Of a DNA stretch of 64,000 nucleotides, positions 60,599-64,000 are shown one piece after another. Positions within the stretch are counted from its first letter, which is position 1; the number at the start of each line of letters is the position of its first letter. The notes beneath the pieces are model-generated. The model made no database searches and was not told the origin of the DNA. It was given only the letters and a program-made list of their open reading frames with translations. The stretch is from Eledone cirrhosa (lineage: Eukaryota). The stretch spans positions 80,104,001-80,168,000 of the forward strand of contig OZ024744.1 in NCBI GenBank assembly GCA_964016885.1, in the 5' to 3' direction. The translations under genes were made by a program, and so were the position numbers.

Positions 60599-62919
60599 CT
60601 CTTTTCCTATTATATCAAGCGCAAAACTAATATATTTATTCATTGTGCTATGTCGTTTGGTTTGTTATTTCTATTTACTCTTTGCACGTGTGTGTATCTA
60701 CACCTCATCTATCGTTCTAACAATGAGAAAGTGAATGAACATTTTATAAAAAATAAAAGTAAAAATTAAATGGTTCTCCGTCTGTTTCGAAGATGAGTAT
60801 TTTAGTTATTAGATCAACTGACCAAGCTACTCATTGAAATGTACTCTGAGTTGCTGAATGTTTCACCGACACGTGTACCCTTAGGTAGAAATGGCGTGAT
60901 ACTGTGTGACAAAGACCCTTTGAATTAGATACAGTCCATGTTGTATTATAGTGTAAATGGCTGGACATTCCACAGACACGTGTACCTGTAATGTAATTCT
61001 CATGTAGAATTAACATGCCAACCTCTAAAAACTCAAACGGGGAGTAAAATGAAAAAAAGTTCCCCAAAACGGGGAGGATTGGGGCAATAATGGGGAGATT
61101 TTACATAATGAAAGCTATACCCATTTTTCACAAAAGATATCTTTCACCCACCCCAAAGTGGGTGGGAAATCTCTCTGTCGGACGGGGAGAGTTGACAAGT
61201 CTGGTGTTGCTTGAATTAACTGTGAAGAAATCCTCGTCTCGTCGTCGGAAGTGACGGTGGTCTAACACTACTAGGGCACCCGCGAAGAGTGAAAAACCAT
61301 GAATATTGGACGTGGTCCATAAAAATGCCTATAAACGTCAAAATATGACGTAAAATATAATTTTTTCTTAAGGGAGCATCTTATGCGAATGGGTGTCCAA
61401 TAAACCAGCAAATATGGTATATTGTTAATAATTTAGCGTTAAAAACATATATTTCCACGAAAAAAGACATTAAAAAATTGCGGAAGATATTTACGATTCC
61501 GCGAATATGCGGTGGTTTCTACGAACAATTATTACTTTGGTTCTACGGAAAATTCCGCGAATAACCGGAACCGCAAATGCCGGAGGTATTCTGTATACAC
61601 ACTCACACTGAGACATTGTTTACCAACAAATAACTTATTAAATTGTGACTGCACAAAATACACATATGATAGTAAGTGAGATATATGAATTAGTATAAAA
61701 TGTAGAGGGACTAAGTTTCCTTAATTCCATTTTTACTTATGGCAAATTCCCTTTTTTCCGTTTTCATTTTGGATAAATTCCGTTTTGGGGGTCTTATATA
61801 TATGTGCGTGTGTGCGTGTAAAAGGTAAACAGAAATAACAATACAATCGGTACAGATATATATTCTTGGGTAAATTGCAATAAATTGTACTATACATATT
61901 ATTAAATCAGGGACAGATTACTAAGTTTTATGAAAATATAAGTCACAAAAATTGTTTTGCCACACGGGCCGTCGAAAATTAGTTTGCGAGCGACATGTTT
62001 GAGACCCCTTGCTATAAACCAATGTTTTTCTTTCTTTTTAACGCACCGAAAGAACGTATGGTTGGTTATATATTATCTTTACACTCTTACACGTATGATT
62101 GAGATGAAGGTAGGGGGTGGTGGAAAGGAGGAGACCCTTAATTGGCAACAGAGATAACAGCTCCCAGAACTTGCTGCAGCCCTTATTTACTTACTTACTC
62201 TATAGCTCCACCACCACAACCACTTCTTGCACTGATTAAATCACCTAGGTAACAGAAAATACATTTTGCTTACATCTAGTGACATTTCAAACGTGATGCT
62301 TCCAACAGCTAGCTACATAGCTAACTACTAACTCATGAATATCTAGTGCATGTTAAGTATTGGTACTTTGACAGCATGACATGCACGCACGCACGCACAC
62401 ATCCACAGACACACACACACACACACATACTGTGGGAGAGGGGGTGGATGGCTAGACGGACAGATAAACAGATAGAGAGACAGGGAGATAGGAGATGGAG
62501 AGACAGGGAGATAGATAGATAGGTAGAGAGACAGGGAGATAGGAGATGGAGAGACAGGGAGATAGATAGATAGATTTCTTTATTAGCCACAAGGGCGCAA
62601 CAAGAAAGGGGACAATACAAAGACATGCCGGGGATTTTACATACAGTCGTGTAAAAAATATAAAAACAAACAATTTCAACAATCGAAATCCCCAATAGGG
62701 GGGAGGCGCCACAAATGGGTTGTTTAATACCCCGTCGATAGAACAACCCTCAACTCAAGGAGCGTGTTGTGCAAGTGCTCCTTTCTTCCTTTTGCTCTCT
62801 TCTTTAACCTACATGCTTATAAGCAGAGAAGGCCCAATCACTCTAGAGAAATAGAGAAGAAGGTAGATAAAGTTCATAGAGAGATAGAGATATATCGAGT
62901 GATAGAGAGAGCGAGATAA

Positions 62920-63000
<81 letters not shown>

Positions 63001-64000
63001 CTACACATAGGTCAATATTTCCACTTGGGCAATAACTCCTCTTTACATACCAGGCAAAGACCACAACTTAGACAACATAGATGTGTGGATGTTCTAAGTA
63101 GCTTGTACTTTGGTCGCTTTTTAGGTTTTCAGATTAGAAATTGTTTTAAGAAAGCAAAGGCACACACACGTGTGTGTGTGTGATGAATACGAGAAATTAC
63201 TTTGTATGAACAGTCTGTCTCCGAATTACATTGCTTAGTTACACAGGAATGAGAACACATAATGCTACTCATTTTGTGTGTGTGTGTGTGTGTACATGTG
63301 CGCGCGCGTGTGTGTGTGTGTGATATAGAATACAGCTACAACAATACAAATCAAACATCGAATATTCATAATAAAAATAGCAATGATATTGAAATGCTAC
63401 AATAGAAATATTTAATTAGTCCTTATATTTCGAGTAAAATACCCCTTTATGATGACGTTTAGAGAACAAAAAAGAGGGATTTCAGACGTTATTATGCCGG
63501 CAGTTGTCACCGTATTACCAATATCAAACTTAATACCCACTATATTGCTCACAATCTATTTTTGATTAATTTTAAATTTCCCGAGTGCCTCTCATCACAT
63601 TTCTTTTTTTAATAAACAGAATTGATAAATAAGCTAGCGATTATTTCTTTCTTCACCACGAGTGAAATTTTAATTAATATTCCTTAGATCGTTACAATAA
63701 CCATTTCGCATCTCCCTTACTATTCTCCAGATTAATGCATTTATATTATTTATTAATGCATTATTCTCCAGATTAAGGCAATTTATAAAGAAGAATGCTT
63801 GTGTGTTTGGGATGTAGTTTTTTATCGATAATATTTATACGTGAAAGGCGAATGCTTTGCGGTGTTTGTACCAGCTCTCTGCGCCCTAAGTTCAAATCCC
63901 ACCGAGGTCAATTTTGCTTTCCATTTTCTTTTAGAATTTGATTTTTTTTATGCACCAGCCCAGTCCTGGGGTTCAGCCTGCTTCTATATCTCTTTTTAAT

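Overview
A 64-kb AT-rich eukaryotic window with no host protein-coding exon I can support. It is almost entirely repeats. The repertoire (a very abundant ~190-bp tRNA-derived SINE, RTE LINEs with (GAT)n tails, long (TA)n arrays) looks like an octopus/coleoid cephalopod genome; this is inference, not a database result. Main contents: a 7.2-kb array of a 42-bp CA-containing minisatellite; two head-to-head RTE-clade LINEs, one with an uninterrupted 1039-aa EN+RT ORF, both carrying a C4HC3 (PHD-like) finger inside the RT; a maT-like Tc1/mariner transposon; a young non-autonomous LTR element with apparently identical 369-bp LTRs, a TAAC TSD and a tRNA-Trp PBS that runs past the m1A58 stop; a solo LTR; two non-autonomous Helitrons; piggyBac- and Tigger-type MITEs; several Penelope-like remnants with minimal hammerhead motifs, including a ~300-bp inverted repeat with one hammerhead per arm; and many SINEs. 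Nearly all short ORFs in the track are microsatellite or antisense artefacts. I see no clearly new biological system. The best leads are RNA-level and mechanistic features of the mobile elements. All alignments were done by eye, and coordinates of degenerate copies are approximate.
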